Shown here: positions 1 to 14,429 of the stretch, in pieces
How the letters are laid out: each line of letters begins with the position of its first letter
Position numbering within the stretch: position 1 is the stretch's first letter
NCBI GenBank assembly: GCA_002633005.1
Contig: NMRA01000967.1
Span: 22,400 to 86,399 of the forward strand
Length of the DNA stretch: 64,000 bases
Direction of reading: 5' to 3'
From: Phoronis australis
Lineage: Eukaryota > Animalia > Phoronida
Made by a program: the position numbers and the translations under genes
The notes under the pieces: generated by a model
What the model saw: only the letters and a program-made list of their open reading frames with translations
What the model was told of the DNA's origin: nothing
Databases searched by the model: none

Positions 1-1742
1 TTTTAGCATAATGCTGCTGTTATTAGTGCAAACTAGGATTAGGCAATTATCCTTGCAAGCCAATATTTATTCGAGCACAGAATAATAGACACATACCTTT
101 GAGTTAGCACAAAGCTATAACAGAAAAATGACAAATGATAATTTCAGGTTCGGTCTCGAGTAAAAAGATTAGATCGCGGACCCAGACAGCCATATTGTGC
201 TTCTGTGGGTAAAACTAGCGCACTCTCCCGCGGCAAGAAAAAATTGCAAGCCTGGTCAGAAACACTAGTAAGGGGATCGAAGATCAACATTTTTGTGAGT
301 TTGATGGGCGTGGATTTGTGACACTAAAAATACGCATGGCGCATCAATTTCGTGCGTCGCATGAAGCCTAGTTAACATATCTAAAAATATCAACTGACAG
401 CTGACGCATCGACGACCTCTGGAGGTCAAAGACCAATTCCTGGATTTCACGGGGTCGTACTCCCGTCACAAAAATGCGCTCAAAAGTGTAGTTACTGACG
501 TAAATAATTTCAGATACTCAAAACTATTAATCAAATTTTGAATACCAATGAAGTCAGAAATCGCGTGACAGACGTTCGTTAAATTGGTCCGTCACCCCCA
601 CGAAAATACAACTTTTCGGCTAATAAAAATGTGCTTAGTTGTTGTTTCAACTTGCATAAGACTTGCAGCAGATAAAATTTGTCTTACACCTAAGAATTTG
701 AAATGACAAAATATTACTTAGTTATAAAATCACTGAACTTATTCAGTAGAAAAATATAAATGTTTTTGCTTCACAGATTGCATGCGCTAAGTATTTTAGA
801 CAAAACTGAATTTGTTAAAATTAGACAATTGGACCACATTCTAATAAAAGTATTAAAACAAAATATATTTTAATGAACTTATTGACTTTAGTTTTTGGAA
901 ATTATCCGAATCAAAAAGTTTTGTTCATACAAAAAAATCTTCCTTATGTGCTTTGGCGTTCAAAATAGCAAGAGTTCTAAAAACGAACGCGTGTCAAGTG
1001 TGCTATTTCTACTGAAGACTTGCGTTGCCACGTTTTGTGTTGAAAAGGCCGCGATGCGGAGAATTTTTAAATGATAGCAATATGTAACTTTATTCCGTAT
1101 TTTTGTCACACCTGCTCTGTCGTCACTGACCGTTGCTATTCGGTGTTTTGTGCGATTGCAAACCAAATGATTCACATACGTCGTCAGATTTTACATATTA
1201 TGACACAGCAAACATTGATCTCACAATCGTTTCTAAAAAATTCGTTTTATTTTTCTGCTGAGCTTCAAGGAGGTTAAAGTAGCATTTAGAAACCACATGG
1301 AATTGTTGCAGACCAGGGCCGGAAGAATTGATCCCAACAGGAAGAGGAACAAATATCTGCCGGGGTGATCCGTGAAATTCGTGAATCAATAAATTGTGTG
1401 ACAGTTTGACTTAAATACACACTTCTCTTTTAAAACTTGAAATGAAGACATGAGTTAACTAGCTGAATGAAAAGCTAAGCAAAAATTATGGGCAAGCATC
1501 TAATGATTTTATTAGCTCCTCATATATTCCAAAATTTCAGTGTAATTTGATGTCTTTTTCGTCACATTACAATACGACACCTGTGTCTTTTACTAAATGA
1601 TGAATGCCATCGATGTTGTCAACTAAACCTCGTTGAACCAATTGTCTGTCATTACACTTAGTAGTAAAAAAGACATTCATGTCCTGTTTCTAATACTTTT
1701 AAAAGTCGCCTTTATTATTACATGAGCGCGCATCAGAACCAT

Positions 1743-1855
1743 TTGTTATATGACCCAGACAGTATGTCATTATTACAAGCTAAGGGCGAGTCCAAATTTT
1801 GTTACATGACCCAGACAGTATGTCATTATTACAAGCTAAGGGCGAGTCCAAATTT
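1743..1855. repeat. Tandem duplication of ~56 bp
   Basis: ttgtta(t/c)atgacccagacagtatgtcattattacaagctaagggcgagtccaaattt present twice. Confidence 0.95.
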
Positions 1856-3316
1856 AACACTGGCAAATCATTCAAATTATTACAATTGGTAACAGTAATT
1901 CACATTTTGTTGTCAAATAAAAAATGTCTTTTTTTATTCTCGTCTATGTTTTTACTAAGTGAGGGTTTTAGTGTATTGTTTTACATGTTAAATCAAAAGT
2001 GTTGAAAATTTAACATCTTAATGCTCATATCCAGCATAGGTGATGATTTCGCACAAAAGCCAAATCCATGTGTTTTGGTTGTACTAATTTACTAGTTGCA
2101 AAAGAACAATGCAGCTTAAACACTACTGAAATTTCTGAATCGATATCTTAGCCACAACAAATTGTTTAATAGTTAGCGTACTGTACATCAGTGGCGTTTG
2201 GAGTTGTCTGACAATATCAAAAAATGCGTGTTGTATTTGACGAGCATTCTGCTACATCATCAAAAAAGAGTGAAACCATTTAAAATTAAATGCACAAAGT
2301 CGAACTTAAAAAAAAGAATTAAAAAAATCTAATTTTGCGCACACGTCCCTTCCAGCCCTAAAGACAATTTTCCCAGCCAAGCAAAGAGATATGGCAAAAG
2401 TTGATACATGCATTGAAAATTTTCAAAAGATTTTAACAATCAGTGTATCACCTATTTGTCTAGGTTGAAAGAAATTTTCACAATTGATCAATTTTTTCTC
2501 CCATTGTCCGTTATGAGTGGAATCGCCCTCTAGTATCAGACCCCAAATCACAAGTCGTTTTGACAGAAGACCCTAGCCCTAGTTTATTACTCGGCCTTTA
2601 GTAAACAGAATGTGACGTTCGTAACTTTACGCTTATTGTTATTCTTATTTAGTTGCAAATGTTCAGTTATTCTTATGCTAATGTTTTTGTTGCGTCTCAG
2701 TGCGCCTTTGTTACGTGGGCATGTGGGCGCGATTGTATGTGTCGGGTACTTCGCTAGCGACCGGCTTAGGAGAAGGGTGTTTCCTTCCTTTGCCTTCAAG
2801 AAAATTGATCGTTATCATGTGCAATTGAACTGAAACATATGCCTGATGAGAGGAAATACACATTTTTGATGTTCAGTGGAGACTTGCTCTGTTACAAGTA
2901 CGTTGCCATTTTTCCTAACAGAACAAAAACGACACATGCTTCCAATTGATTGCGTTTTGCAACTAAATGAAACACCCATTGGCTCCGGGTTAGTTCACAA
3001 CGAATGACTGAACAGGTAATTGTTGTGCCAATCTGCCAATGGCTCGGTCAGCTCCCCTCGGTACTTGCTTTTGGCTAACTGTATCATTGTGCATTCGCTG
3101 GAATTCGTGAAATGAAAACATATGCCCATTTTGGAACCCGAGGTTGATTATAGAAGAATTTGTCGCGTTTTGAAGAAATGCCCTCGGTCGCATTATTCCC
3201 TATAGATGGCAATTGCTGTCATATGAGCTCTCCTGGCACATGAGATCGATTGTTTGTAAAAAAGCGGCGATTGTTGAGTGCTCGTCACTTATCATTGCGT
3301 ATCAGTTTGTGGTGAG

Positions 3317-3415
3317 ATGACTGATGCTCAGGAGAAGCCGCTCTCCGGCAACACAATTTTTGCAAAGATAGTAAACAAGGAAATTCCGTCGGTACTTCTC
3401 TACGAGGACGATTTG
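3317..3415 (+). CDS. HINT1: HINT1-like histidine triad nucleotide-binding protein, coding exon 1 of 3
   Basis: ATG at 3317; MTDAQEKPLSGNTIFAKIVNKEIPSVLLYEDDL matches the HINT N-terminal TIFxKI..KEIP...YEDD motif; ends at TTG|gtgagt, phase 0. Confidence 0.93.
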
Positions 3416-5087
3416 GTGAGTTCATTTTTTCAACGAAAGGAATTGAGTTTAGTAGGGCTATAATTTTTTGGGATGACATAATTGAAAAAGGAACACGCAC
3501 CGGTGCAGCGTATTTGCATAACGTAGTTGTGCTTCTATCATCAACATTGCAGTTGTTTAGTCGAATACGGAACATAACTGAAATTTGGTAACATCGTCGC
3601 ATAATCACAATTCTTTCAGTCAAATATTTCCGAAGAGATGACCCATTAACCATCACGGTGTGCATGCTGAGGACGACCTTTCCAGTAGCACAGCTTAATT
3701 GAATCCATTGAGGTGATGCTTGTAATGCAGACTGGTTTCATGCTGTGTTATGGCGAAAGCCTGTCTCAGTAGGGAGCCGTTTACATCGTCGTGACTCACG
3801 GCAAGCATTATTGCAGTAGATGTGTTTGTTTGACATCTAATTTAAGAGGCATGGAGTCGAGTGAGAGTACCTCCCTCCCCACTGAACTGACAAGAAAGGT
3901 GTATTCAATGTTGACTCACATCATGAATCCCTGTGCAGGCTATGGTGTCGGGTAGTGAAACTGAACTGTCTGGGAACCGGGGAGGGGCGAAAATGGTGGC
4001 GACAGGCGGAGATTTCGACGGGTGGAAGGGGGGAGCTCACATTTGATTCGCTTCCTCACTGCAGAATCCCCATGTGCTTATGCTGGGGATGTCATATGAA
4101 CTACTTCTTTAGTAATTGTATGGCGCTCGGATGGCTTCAAATTACGACATATGGGGGACGCGTCACGTCTTTTTATGTGGGCAGAAACATTCTTGTTGTT
4201 GGCTTTGTTCCATAGATTGTGGTATTAATAATACCAGGAGACGATGTTCAGTGGACTGAGTGTTCTTAATGTAATTGTGTTGCTAGATATTTCTCTCGTT
4301 TACCACCGGCCAGGGTTCCCGGTATGATTTGCGCGATTTAAATAAATTGTATATTCGTTGATTGAATCTATTTTTGCTAGTCGGTATTGCGAGACAAACC
4401 GGCGATGTTACCTTCATGGCAGCAGAGCCCACAAATTTACTGTGCCCCTAAAAGTTTCAGAAACACGCGTTAGTGTTTTTACTTCTGTCGATGGACAAGC
4501 CTATGTTATGGCTCAGTGTGATGTCAGCGCCAACTCTGTCGGGAAAATGCTGTGAATTGATCATTCGTGGACAAACCTGAGATGCTGCTATAATTTGCTA
4601 AACATCTCAAGGGCATATCGTGCGTGATACTACCACTAGTCACTAAAGTAATTTTATTCTCCCCCCAAAGACATTCTTGTCTCGATATTCAGTTCCGTGT
4701 GTAGGTCTAAGTGAAAGTTGGCACTCCGCCATTCAAATATCTCGAAATTATTTAGAGATCTTTATTTTCTTGTAATGTACAACATAACTAGGATACAGAA
4801 TTCTAATCAGGCTATTAGGCAATGTAATTTTTTGTTTCGTGCCTGCCCGCTGACCCATATTTAAGCTTTCGCCTCACAATCCTTAAACAGGAAATTAGCG
4901 CTGCCTGTATCATTTTTTGTCAAATTTCTTTATCTTTTTCCTCAAAAACCACACAAAATTTTCCGAGCTAGTTCTTAAACGAAGTGTTTTGTCAATTCCG
5001 TTAATCACATTCGTGACCCAGTTAAAAAAACACTACCGACAACCCCACCCCCCCTCGTCGATACTAACAGACAGCTCCACCGAAGCT

Positions 5088-5233
5088 GGGTAGAGTTCAA
5101 TAACGCTAGGACCTCGCTAGAAAAGCAAGACCTCGCGAGATTACGCGAGATATTGGCATGTATTTTAAGTGAGAACACGTGATTTCGGGTAGATTTTTCT
5201 AGCCGCGAGACACCTACTGAACTCTATCTACCC
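5088..5233. mobile_element. Small palindromic MITE-like element
   Basis: tagagttcaata...ctcgctagaaaa versus ttttctagccgcgag...tactgaactcta. Confidence 0.55.
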
Positions 5234-7046
5234 TGGTTTGAGCTTAGAAAAAAAACGCACTACTTACTTCAACTGATATCAGGTGATTTTTTGTTATTGA
5301 TAAAATAAGCTGCAGTCTAGCCATGCCAGACTGTTTCGTAACTATAGAATGGGAAGATCGCCACGGTAACACCGTTAATACATCTGACGTGTTCCGGCGA
5401 AAAGGTTTTAATAGAGGTCATGGTATACATGAAAATGCACGCGTTAATGCTGTTTCATTATAATGGCAATTTCCTGCAAACAAGTCGACATTTCAAGGGA
5501 TTTAACAACTGATCAATAAAAACAACATCCTCCCAGTTATAGATTGTGTCCATTTGCCGGATCGCGAGTGCGCATGCATGAAGTGAGATGAATTGTCGCC
5601 GTGGGATTTCCGATTGAGGTCTTTCAGTGTTTCACCGAGGAAGCGGTGTAATCATCAAGTGTATCCGTTATTAAAGTCACATGTTGTTTTTATTGTGAAG
5701 TATTGTTAGAAAATCGAAAAACGTTGCTGCTCAACACAGTTCTACAACCCAAATGCCATTGGCTCGTCAATTCGCCCATAAAATACAATATCTTTCTACT
5801 AAACTAAGTGCCTTTTGAAATGCAATTCAGATAGTTACTCCAGGCTCGGTTTACGTATCCACGCATAGTAGGCAATGAAACGTTCCACAATTGTCGTTTC
5901 TATGGTGGCTACATTTCCGTAGAGTCGGAGTCGACGTTGCATAACATTTTTGGGTTACCAAAATTTTAGCAGTGTCATACTTTCGCAACACTCGTGTCGT
6001 GGACACGTAATATTTGTTGTGACCAATATATCCGGACGAAGGTAGAGGCGTAATATTTCTCTCCTAAGATGGCGGGTCGCTGAGTGACTAATTTTTCCTT
6101 TAGTGCTAAATTTAAGTTTTGCTAATGAGAGGACTTGTTCTTCAGATTTTACATTAAATAAAGCACGATCTTTGTGGAGTGTTAGAATATCATTTCAAGT
6201 CATGTCGCAGATACACTCCTGTTTTATAGCGTTTCAAACTGAGCCACATTCCTCCGATCAGAACACGCCAAATTGTCGGTACCCCTTTTGAATGGCAATA
6301 TCGTATACAACATAATCGTAATAATATTTTATCTTTGAAGCTGCTGGGAATCCGACAGCTATCCAAAAACGAAATTTTGATCCAAACCATTTATCGCTAT
6401 TCGGATGTTTAGCGATAACGTGTCATCTTAGGTGACGTAAGTTGGACCCGGAAATAAGAATAGACATGCCGTCACACTGGCTCCAAAACGTCGTAATGAC
6501 GTCAAAATGACGCCATGCTAAAGATATTATCCCACTCGGAGTTTTTCATTCAGATGAAAAGTGATTTCTGGGCTATTACCAGAGTATAAAGTGACGTCAT
6601 GCACAAAAAGTGACTCGACGTATCAAGTCAACATTTTGAGCTTGGTCTCACTAGTAGGAAATTGAGAAACAGTCAATTCCTTCCAGACTAGAAATCAAGT
6701 CTAACCTGTATAACAGAGTAGACCGTGACAACAGGCAGTTGCGTAAAGGCAGGTAATTTAAATTAAAAGCAGACAGGTTCACAGCAGGTTCAACTCAAGG
6801 GAGCAGAGGGGAGGTCCACTGTGTGACTGCAGTGACGGTTGAAGTAGACAGCGTTTGGATGCGGTGAGGATCAGTTACATCCTGGAGGAGTACATAGTTC
6901 ATTCTCCACCCACCTATTGTCAAAGTAGTAGCTTAACTCCAGACATCCTTTCTCTAAAGACATTTCTGTGTTTTGAGTGTCCAAGCTTAGGCCTACTCAA
7001 CGTTAGGAAAAGTTACATCGATGAACCACTCGAATGAACAATTAAT

Positions 7047-7358
7047 TATTTAGCTTATCTACATTTATACAGGCTTCAGCCAGTTCATAAAAAGGCTAGA
7101 TACGATTTGTTTTAACTGAAGTGACGTTATCGGCTAGAAAACGTCGATTTATTGAAATCGACCCCTGCGCGGATTCGAACTGGAACCTTCGCCTAACGCT
7201 GTGCTGACTAGCTAAATTCCACTGCGTAAATGACAAACTATTTTGGTGTATTTAACTACCTACCTTGATTTCAGGGAATGTCTGGTAGACATCGGCGAGA
7301 ATTGAAATCACGAAAACAACGTATTTCATTGTTATATAGCTCTGGTATAAGCTAATAT
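7047..7358 (-). mobile_element. Inverted-repeat-bounded element with tRNA-like core (copy 1)
   Basis: ttagcttat...ataagctaa ends; minus-strand tagctagtcag...gttcgaatcc A/B-box-like pair at 7160-7216; homologous to 37314-37559. Confidence 0.55.
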
Positions 7359-7726
7359 TTAACGAAGTTAAAGGAAAATTTTGCAGTAGAACCATACACG
7401 ATTTCATTTTGGAAACCACAGTTTATTAGTTAAGAACGATGGGCATTAATAATATTGACTGTGGTGATAGAATATACCATTTCTGTGTTGAAGACGAGTC
7501 GCATTTTTTCTTCCTATTTGCCGCATTCCATGGTCTCGGGAAGATGTACGTGCCGTATGTGTTTTGGCGATTTCCAACCCTGGGTAAATTTCATTCATAT
7601 AATGAGGGTATATTGTAAAAGTGAATGTTAAGTTCATGTTTACTTGTTAAAAAGAAGAGAGATGTTGTGCAGGGAAATGTTATATGCGTTTTATGAACCT
7701 GAATGCAATTATTGTACCATGGGCTT

Positions 7727-8141
7727 CAGTGCCCGGTTGCATGAAACAGTCCCAAATAGTAACTCAACTAAGTTCCCTAAATCTACTGCGTGTTTTTGGA
7801 CTTGTGGAAACAATTAATTGCGCTTTCTTGTATTGTGACTTTGATACAAATCGAGAGTGACCTCTACGTTGAATTGTCAATATTATTGGAAATAATTAGG
7901 GATCTTTTCATCCAACACTCCCAATTTCAGGACTGAGTCCCTATTTATAATTTTCAATGAACTCTGTGCTCAGTTTTTAGTAATATTATTAGAAAATTTT
8001 ATTAATCAAATAGGAGCTCATAATAAAAATGAAATGATAGAAAAATATTGCATTTGTGAGTTCATAAAGACATAAATACACAAAAAGACAGGGACCTTAG
8101 TTGAGTCCCTATTTGGGACTGTTTCGGGCAACCGGCCACTG
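7727..8141. mobile_element. MITE with ~50-bp TIRs
   Basis: cagtgcccggttgcatgaaacagtcccaaatagtaactcaactaagttccct versus agggaccttagttgagtccctatttgggactgtttcgggcaaccggccactg. Confidence 0.85.
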
Positions 8142-9428
8142 GCCTTTTATACAATGGAAGCAATGGAAAAGTTAATATTGTAAAGCCTCCTCACATGTCA
8201 TACCGGATAACAGAACATCCCGGTTACTGTCCAAAACCAAACCATTCTCCATTAAACCTATTTAAAAGAATACGCATAATGTGGTGATTTATTGTCATAT
8301 TTCCGGATGCTGTCATCAGAAACTGACTCTCACCCGTTTATTAGCAGATGTACCTTCGCTTTATTTATGTCTAAAAACTATCCTAAACCATCTTATTAAA
8401 TTCATGTGCCTTATCAGATCTTTGCGTCGGGATTAAGTCAGTCGTTTCCTGTTTAACTGTCGTACTCCGAGGCTATCCTCTTAGCATGATCAGCTTACTA
8501 GAGCGGTTACGATCACCGCCAATTCGAAGCCCGCTTAATGGAATATGCCGCTTAATAGCATGATTTACGTCGAAACCGTTGGCGTGGCGTTAAAGGGGCT
8601 TCTTTGGAACACCACCCCATCCAACAACAATTACAAAATGAGTTTCTGCCCTAAAAGCGATACTGTTCCTTTGCGGTTGCGACCGATTTTCTTCCCTCCC
8701 ATTGCCTTAAGCAAAACCCTCCTACCAGACACCAAGATTGAAACAAATAAGTGCAGTGAGACGCAACCCTACAAAGAGACTATCACAGTTGTTAAAAATG
8801 CACCTTTCTTTCCCTTGGTTTGTAAGCCTTTTCTCCCGATGGGGAAACCGAACCTCTTAACTAGCCTGAGATCAATCAAGCTTGAAATACGCGGGGAAAT
8901 GTTTTGTCCCAAGAAGGTGAGAAGTTAAACTACAACTTTCACGCACGCTGATCGATTTGTTATGAAAAATGAAAATCATTAGTTAATAAATTCCCTTTTG
9001 CACAGGAATTATTAATCAACTCTAATTAAAGTGTAATCATCAAACTTCAAAATACACATTTCACTTTATATCCAACCACGGCAGCAGTTGACATCCACAG
9101 TTCTTCGTTTTTATCCTCATAGTCGAAATCTTCCGTTGGCGAAATTGTTTCGCCCACGCATCGCGCATAATCACGACCTGAAATGAAGAATAAACTAAAA
9201 AATCCTATCAAATTCAGTTGATTTTGAAAATAGTTGGTGTTGCTTTGAATGAAATTATTTGGGATTGAGTGTCGATTGCGTTACAATCCGTTTTATGAAC
9301 CTTTTAACAAAATGAAGTGTAAATAGTATCTTTAAAGTACCAGGTGGCATTTGAAAGTGTTACCCTGGAAAAGCAATAGACACGCCGTGCAAACTTTGAA
9401 GTTTATAGAATTTTTATATATTTTACAG

Positions 9429-9533
9429 GCTGTAGCATTTCGCGACATCAATCCCCAGGCGCCAGTTCATTTCTTAGTTCTACCTAAGAAGCCTATACGA
9501 CAGCTGAGTGAAGCTCGTGACGACGATGAACAT
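9429..9533 (+). CDS. HINT1: HINT1-like, coding exon 2
   Basis: ttttacag|[35 protein letters not shown]|gtaatg; 105 nt, phase 0-0; AFxDIxPQAPxHFLV motif. Confidence 0.95.
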
Positions 9534-9708
9534 GTAATGTACATAGGGAAACTGCGTTTTGTCTAGCTGGATTAGTGTTTGATTCACAAGTTGCTATATT
9601 CAAGTTGGTCGCATGGTCCAAAACAATTGAAAGGAATGGGGGATGACCGAACGTTAGATATTTTTATGAATACAGCTTTATTGCCCAAAACGATGGTCGC
9701 AGAAAGTA

Positions 9709-10235
9709 TTTAAGTGGCAAAGAACGTAAAAATAGACTCAGTTGCATTAATCAAAGTGGTTCTCTGTCACTGAAACAGAAGTCAAACTGTTCACCAGGTA
9801 TTTTACGGGTTGTTCGTAAAGATTCTGAATTTCTGGTGATGTTGAAGCATTTTCCTTTAGTTTCAAATTTCAAAAAACGATCTGTCAAATGCTCGTCACT
9901 TCGTGGTTTTTTCTCCCACACGGCAAAACACGTCTCCTTATTTCGTGTGGCAAGGCATAGACGTAACACCTTTCCCTTATATGGAAAATGTGACCTTTGA
10001 CTTTTGATGTAACTGCGATTACAAGCTGCAGCCAGATGCGCGCATATATATTGTTAGGGCGGAAATTTGAAAACTGCATTGGGATGAACGGGTTTTTATT
10101 TCGTCTGTATTTCAAATATAGTGAATTTGACGATTTTTTCTTGAAATTCTTTCAATATTCAAAGTGAATAACTGTTGCGTTAGAATCCGCAAGAACTAGG
10201 TATTTTACGCGTTTTCGCGTTCCGTGCCTCTTTAA
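9709..10235. mobile_element. Old TTAA-flanked non-autonomous DNA transposon (Kolobok-like)
   Basis: tttaagtggcaaagaacg versus cgttccgtgcctctttaa; imperfect match. Confidence 0.4.
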
Positions 10236-12029
10236 GTCAATCACGTGACACTAGCCGTTTAGGTTAACTGTGTTTTTCAAAGGGAAGCTGACAATCGCCA
10301 TCTTTTGCATAAGACATTCTTAAATATTTCAGTCCCCAGGTTAAGAGGTGCCAAAGACCAAAAGCCATGGCCTACAAACAGTTTCCACTGGAAATTGACT
10401 TATTTTATTCTGGTAGTGTAGGGAGTAGCTTGTTTTCGTTCATTTATACATGTATCTAACACAACTTCCTGGATACACCCTTGTTTTCTCTCACTCTTCT
10501 AAATTAGAGGAGGCGCGGTAATTATTCGTGAGAACTGCATTAGAATGGTGATGCTCGGCAGGTAACAATCAGACGGAACCTTTGCTCTCAGGTTGGAGAA
10601 TAGGTTCTGTTTTAACCTGTAAAATATACAGAATGCTGTTACAAAAGTTGTAACCGAAACATACATTTGCTTGTTTTTTCATTGGGTATATCCATATAAA
10701 TTATACTGGTTACACTAAATGGAACCTGACGACTATTACGAATGGAGGAACTATGGTAAGATATAGCATGCACACGTCAGTATGTTACAAAGAATAGGGC
10801 CTACTTCGATGTTGAAATAACCTTCGAGTGTTTATCACTGTTTTTATATAAGACTGGATGGTGATTACATAAAAACTTATCGGGCATCGTGCCGCATATC
10901 CACTTTGTCTGCCAGCGATGTGTTATTCAACTATGGAGGTTTAACAGTGCAATGTCATCGACACTTCTTGTTTACTTGCTGAATGTAATTAACTATTAGA
11001 ACTGTCACTTTAATTTGTCGCACTTTTGTAATTCGAACTCCACGTACGCAGTTTTTATGTTTGATTTGCGACTTGTCGTCAACAATGATATTTGTGAAGA
11101 ACTTGATGGAAAGTGTACTGAAAAGGGATAACATTGCTTAAGATATTCTCTCCTTTCGTCTGCTTATTTGGAACACCAAGTTTACCCAAGGAAAAGATTT
11201 TAAAGTTCATTCGAAAATTTCGACACTCCATGACTTTTGTGTAATTTTTGTACGATGTGCCAAATGATTGGCTTCAAAGACACATTTTCCATTAGTCGAC
11301 GGGCGGAAAGTGAGGTCCTGTCTCAGTCTTACATTAGTTAAGGACACAGGTTCATCAGGGACTAAAACTCATTTCTTGTCTGAAAGATCGTCTGCTCGAT
11401 AGATCTTATTCAAATGAATGTAAATGAGGCACAATTGTAGAACGTGTTCTAGCCTTTGAGATTTACGATCTGCCGTCTGACAACGATCTATTTTGTTCGG
11501 AAGTTTCAAGTCACCAACTCGTTTCCGTTTTTCACAGGGTTAGGGCGTCTAGTATGAGTGAAAATTTTTCTCTGAACGCTATCCGGGGTCTGAAAATTCT
11601 ACGTATGTCCTTATTGTTACTCCCAGTCCAAATTAATGTCAGGGTTTTGATTTGGTTTTATTGTTCAGACGACGACGCAAGATATTTCTCCAAGATCTTT
11701 CGTGGGTGTTTCCAGTCAGCAACCAAACTCTTCGATGTAGGCAAAGTCTAGTAAGACTTCCTTTCGTTGAGACGATGTTGGTATTCATAATTATGTATAT
11801 AACGACTTATTCGAAGAATCTGGTCGGCAACTTACTGCTCGGCTGATGGAACACAAAATTTAGTCTGAGAGTGAGCTCGTTGTCGTCTGATATTTCTGAA
11901 CGTGCACTCAATCACAGCAACCGTAACTTTACGGTGAACAAGGGTGAGAGACCTAGATTCGTTCAAGATACTAGCAAAACACTTGCAAATAGAAATCTGT
12001 GGTTAGGAAATGGAAATAGTGATTTCTAT

Positions 12030-13705
12030 GTGCATTATATCATCCCTGTTTGTCTGTCTGGTGTCCGGCTTCTGCTGCTTTATCTCTAAAACCATTTGAT
12101 TATGTTCATGAAATTTTGCACATATGTTCCTTTCATGGATAGGACGGTATGAGCGAATTTTCTGACGGATCCGACCACCGGTGTGCCTCCTAGTGGCACT
12201 TTTAATTTTTTAGGTTTACCTCTGTATCTTCACAAGTCCTCAACGGATTTTCATAAAATTTGTGAGATGACGCCACCTTTCCGTTTTTGGACGGATTTGA
12301 GATATTCTGCGCCACCTGGTGGCCATTTTTACTGTTTTTGAGTTTTATCAACCAAACCACCCTAAGGATGGTTGTGAAAATTGCCGTATAGTGTTCAAAC
12401 TGTGAAGAGGACTGCTGACCGTTTCCGCGGCCGGGACGACTTAGAATACTGTGGCACCTCCTATACTAGTGGCAGTTTTGTTTTTTGCGCCCATGGCTGT
12501 ATCTCTTTAACCCTCTGCAGGAAGTTAAACTTGGCAAGTGTATGAAGTTGACACAGGACGACGGCGACTTTCCAACGGATCCGTCGAACGCTGTGCCCCC
12601 TCGTGGCAATTTCAATTTCCCGTTTTCCTCTCTCTGAAGTTCGTTGACGGATTTTTATGAAATTTAGTAAATAGCTTTCTATCAAAGAAATAATGTCATA
12701 TTCCCGTTTTGATATGGAATCGACATTTTTTGGGCTATCTAATGGCAATTTTTACTGTTTTCTAGTCTGTTTTTGGGTCCGCCCCACTGACAACCAAACC
12801 ACTCTAAGGATGTTTTTGAAAATTGGCGTTTATGTTTCTATTGTGAAGAGTATGGCTGATGATTTTCGGACGACTCAGACTACTATGGCGCCTCCTAGTG
12901 GGAATAATTTTTGCGTCTGCCTATATCTTCCAAACGCTCTGCAGGATCTTTAAATTTGGTAAGTGTACTTCTATGAAGTTGCCAACTGAGATGACAATAG
13001 ATGACGGCAAGTTTCAGACCAATCCAACTGCAGCTGTCTTCCCTAATGGCAGTTATACTTTTTACATTTGCCTCTGTAACTTCAGTGTTCTTTGATGCTT
13101 TTTCATTAAATTTGGTTAACAAGGTTCTAATATGTAGACAACAGCACGTTTCCTTTTTGTGATGCATTCGACGTATTCTGCAACAACTAGTGCTCATTTC
13201 AATTTGTTTTTAGTCCGTTTTTTGTCGTCTGCTTCTGTTAGTATCTGCCAAACTGCGAGGAGCATCATGAAAATTAGCAGATGTGTTCCTGCTGACAAGA
13301 GGATGACTAACGTGGGTTTTCAAACGGGTCCAACTATTGTGGTGCCCTCTAATGACGTTTATTTTTTGCATCTACGGCTGTATCTCCTAAACCCCTTGCA
13401 AGGTGTTCTTGAATTTTTGTAATTGTATTCCTATTAACTTTGCAGCAGATGGATGGATTCGACTACCCCTGTAGTGGCAGTTTGTTGCTTTTTTACATTT
13501 GCCTTTGTATTTTTGGAGTACTTTGACGGATGTTCATGATTTTTTGCAAATAGTTTTGAGAGACGACACCTTCACATTTTTGGATGGGTGTAATGTATTG
13601 TGTCCCATCTATTGGACATTTTAGGATACGACGAAACACTCATGGAAGCAATACCGTTTGCTATGCAGTCGTGGGCGTATTTCTACGCACCGCGTCGCTC
13701 TTGCT
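12030..13705 (+). mobile_element. Helentron-associated (HINE-like) element H1, old, 5' end degenerate
   Basis: GTCT microsatellite remnant, ~150-bp monomers with cctagtggc, 3' subTIR gtgggcgtat, hairpin remnant and gctcttg end. Confidence 0.75.
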
Positions 13706-14429
13706 CTAGCAGTTTTCTCCCATAATTCAACAGTGGCGACCATTTTGCCAGTGTGCGTTAGTAGATAAAATCTTGAGCGCAGTACTCGCGCAACAGCAAC
13801 GTGTCACTCGCGCCGTCTTGCGAACTCGTAAGAAACTCTGTTAGATTTCCTAACACTTGTGCAATCAAATGTTGACTGGGTCCCGAAAAGTTTTAACCGA
13901 AAAGTATCATCCGTGATTGATCAAAATTTTTGGAGGTGAGGACGTTCTACTTGTTTCTGATTAATCATGGTTTGAACTATAAAGCTTTTCTGTTTTGAAC
14001 TCACCTCAGGTCTTTAGAGAAAAAATACAAACGCCTCCATCTGTGCACTTTGTATATAGCTAAATCTGGAATGTTGTTCTAGAAGTGAGCGTCCAAAGTG
14101 TTTCGGACGGAAATGTATCCTTGGGCAAAATGGGCTCCGACGTATAAATGGCTTTCTTTCGAGACTGATTAGTTACGGGGAACGTGGACCAGAGTAGTTC
14201 ATCTCTCAAACTAATTGACCTCTACTGCTAATTATACCGTCCCACCTCTTTAGTGCACTCATTGAGCGGCCCTATTTATATGTTTCGCATCCATTGGAGT
14301 GACAAATGTGCATGTCTTGCGATCAGAAATAGTGAACGGATATTGGCTAAACCAAGTTCGGAAACTGAAGTTTTATTTTTGTCATCCTCTACGTGTCTAA
14401 TGACAACTTTTTAAATAGATTTTGACTTT

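Noticed and set aside
2990-3193. Possible divergent first exon of a minus-strand gene sharing the HINT promoter
   Set aside because: No recognisable protein motif, convincing donor or downstream exon found in 1-3000
7160-7216. Functional tRNA gene
   Set aside because: Too short, no complete cloverleaf or acceptor stem, embedded in a repeat; treated as tRNA-derived only
8545-8928. 127-aa ORF in HINT intron 1
   Set aside because: No homology recognised and no splice context; consistent with chance
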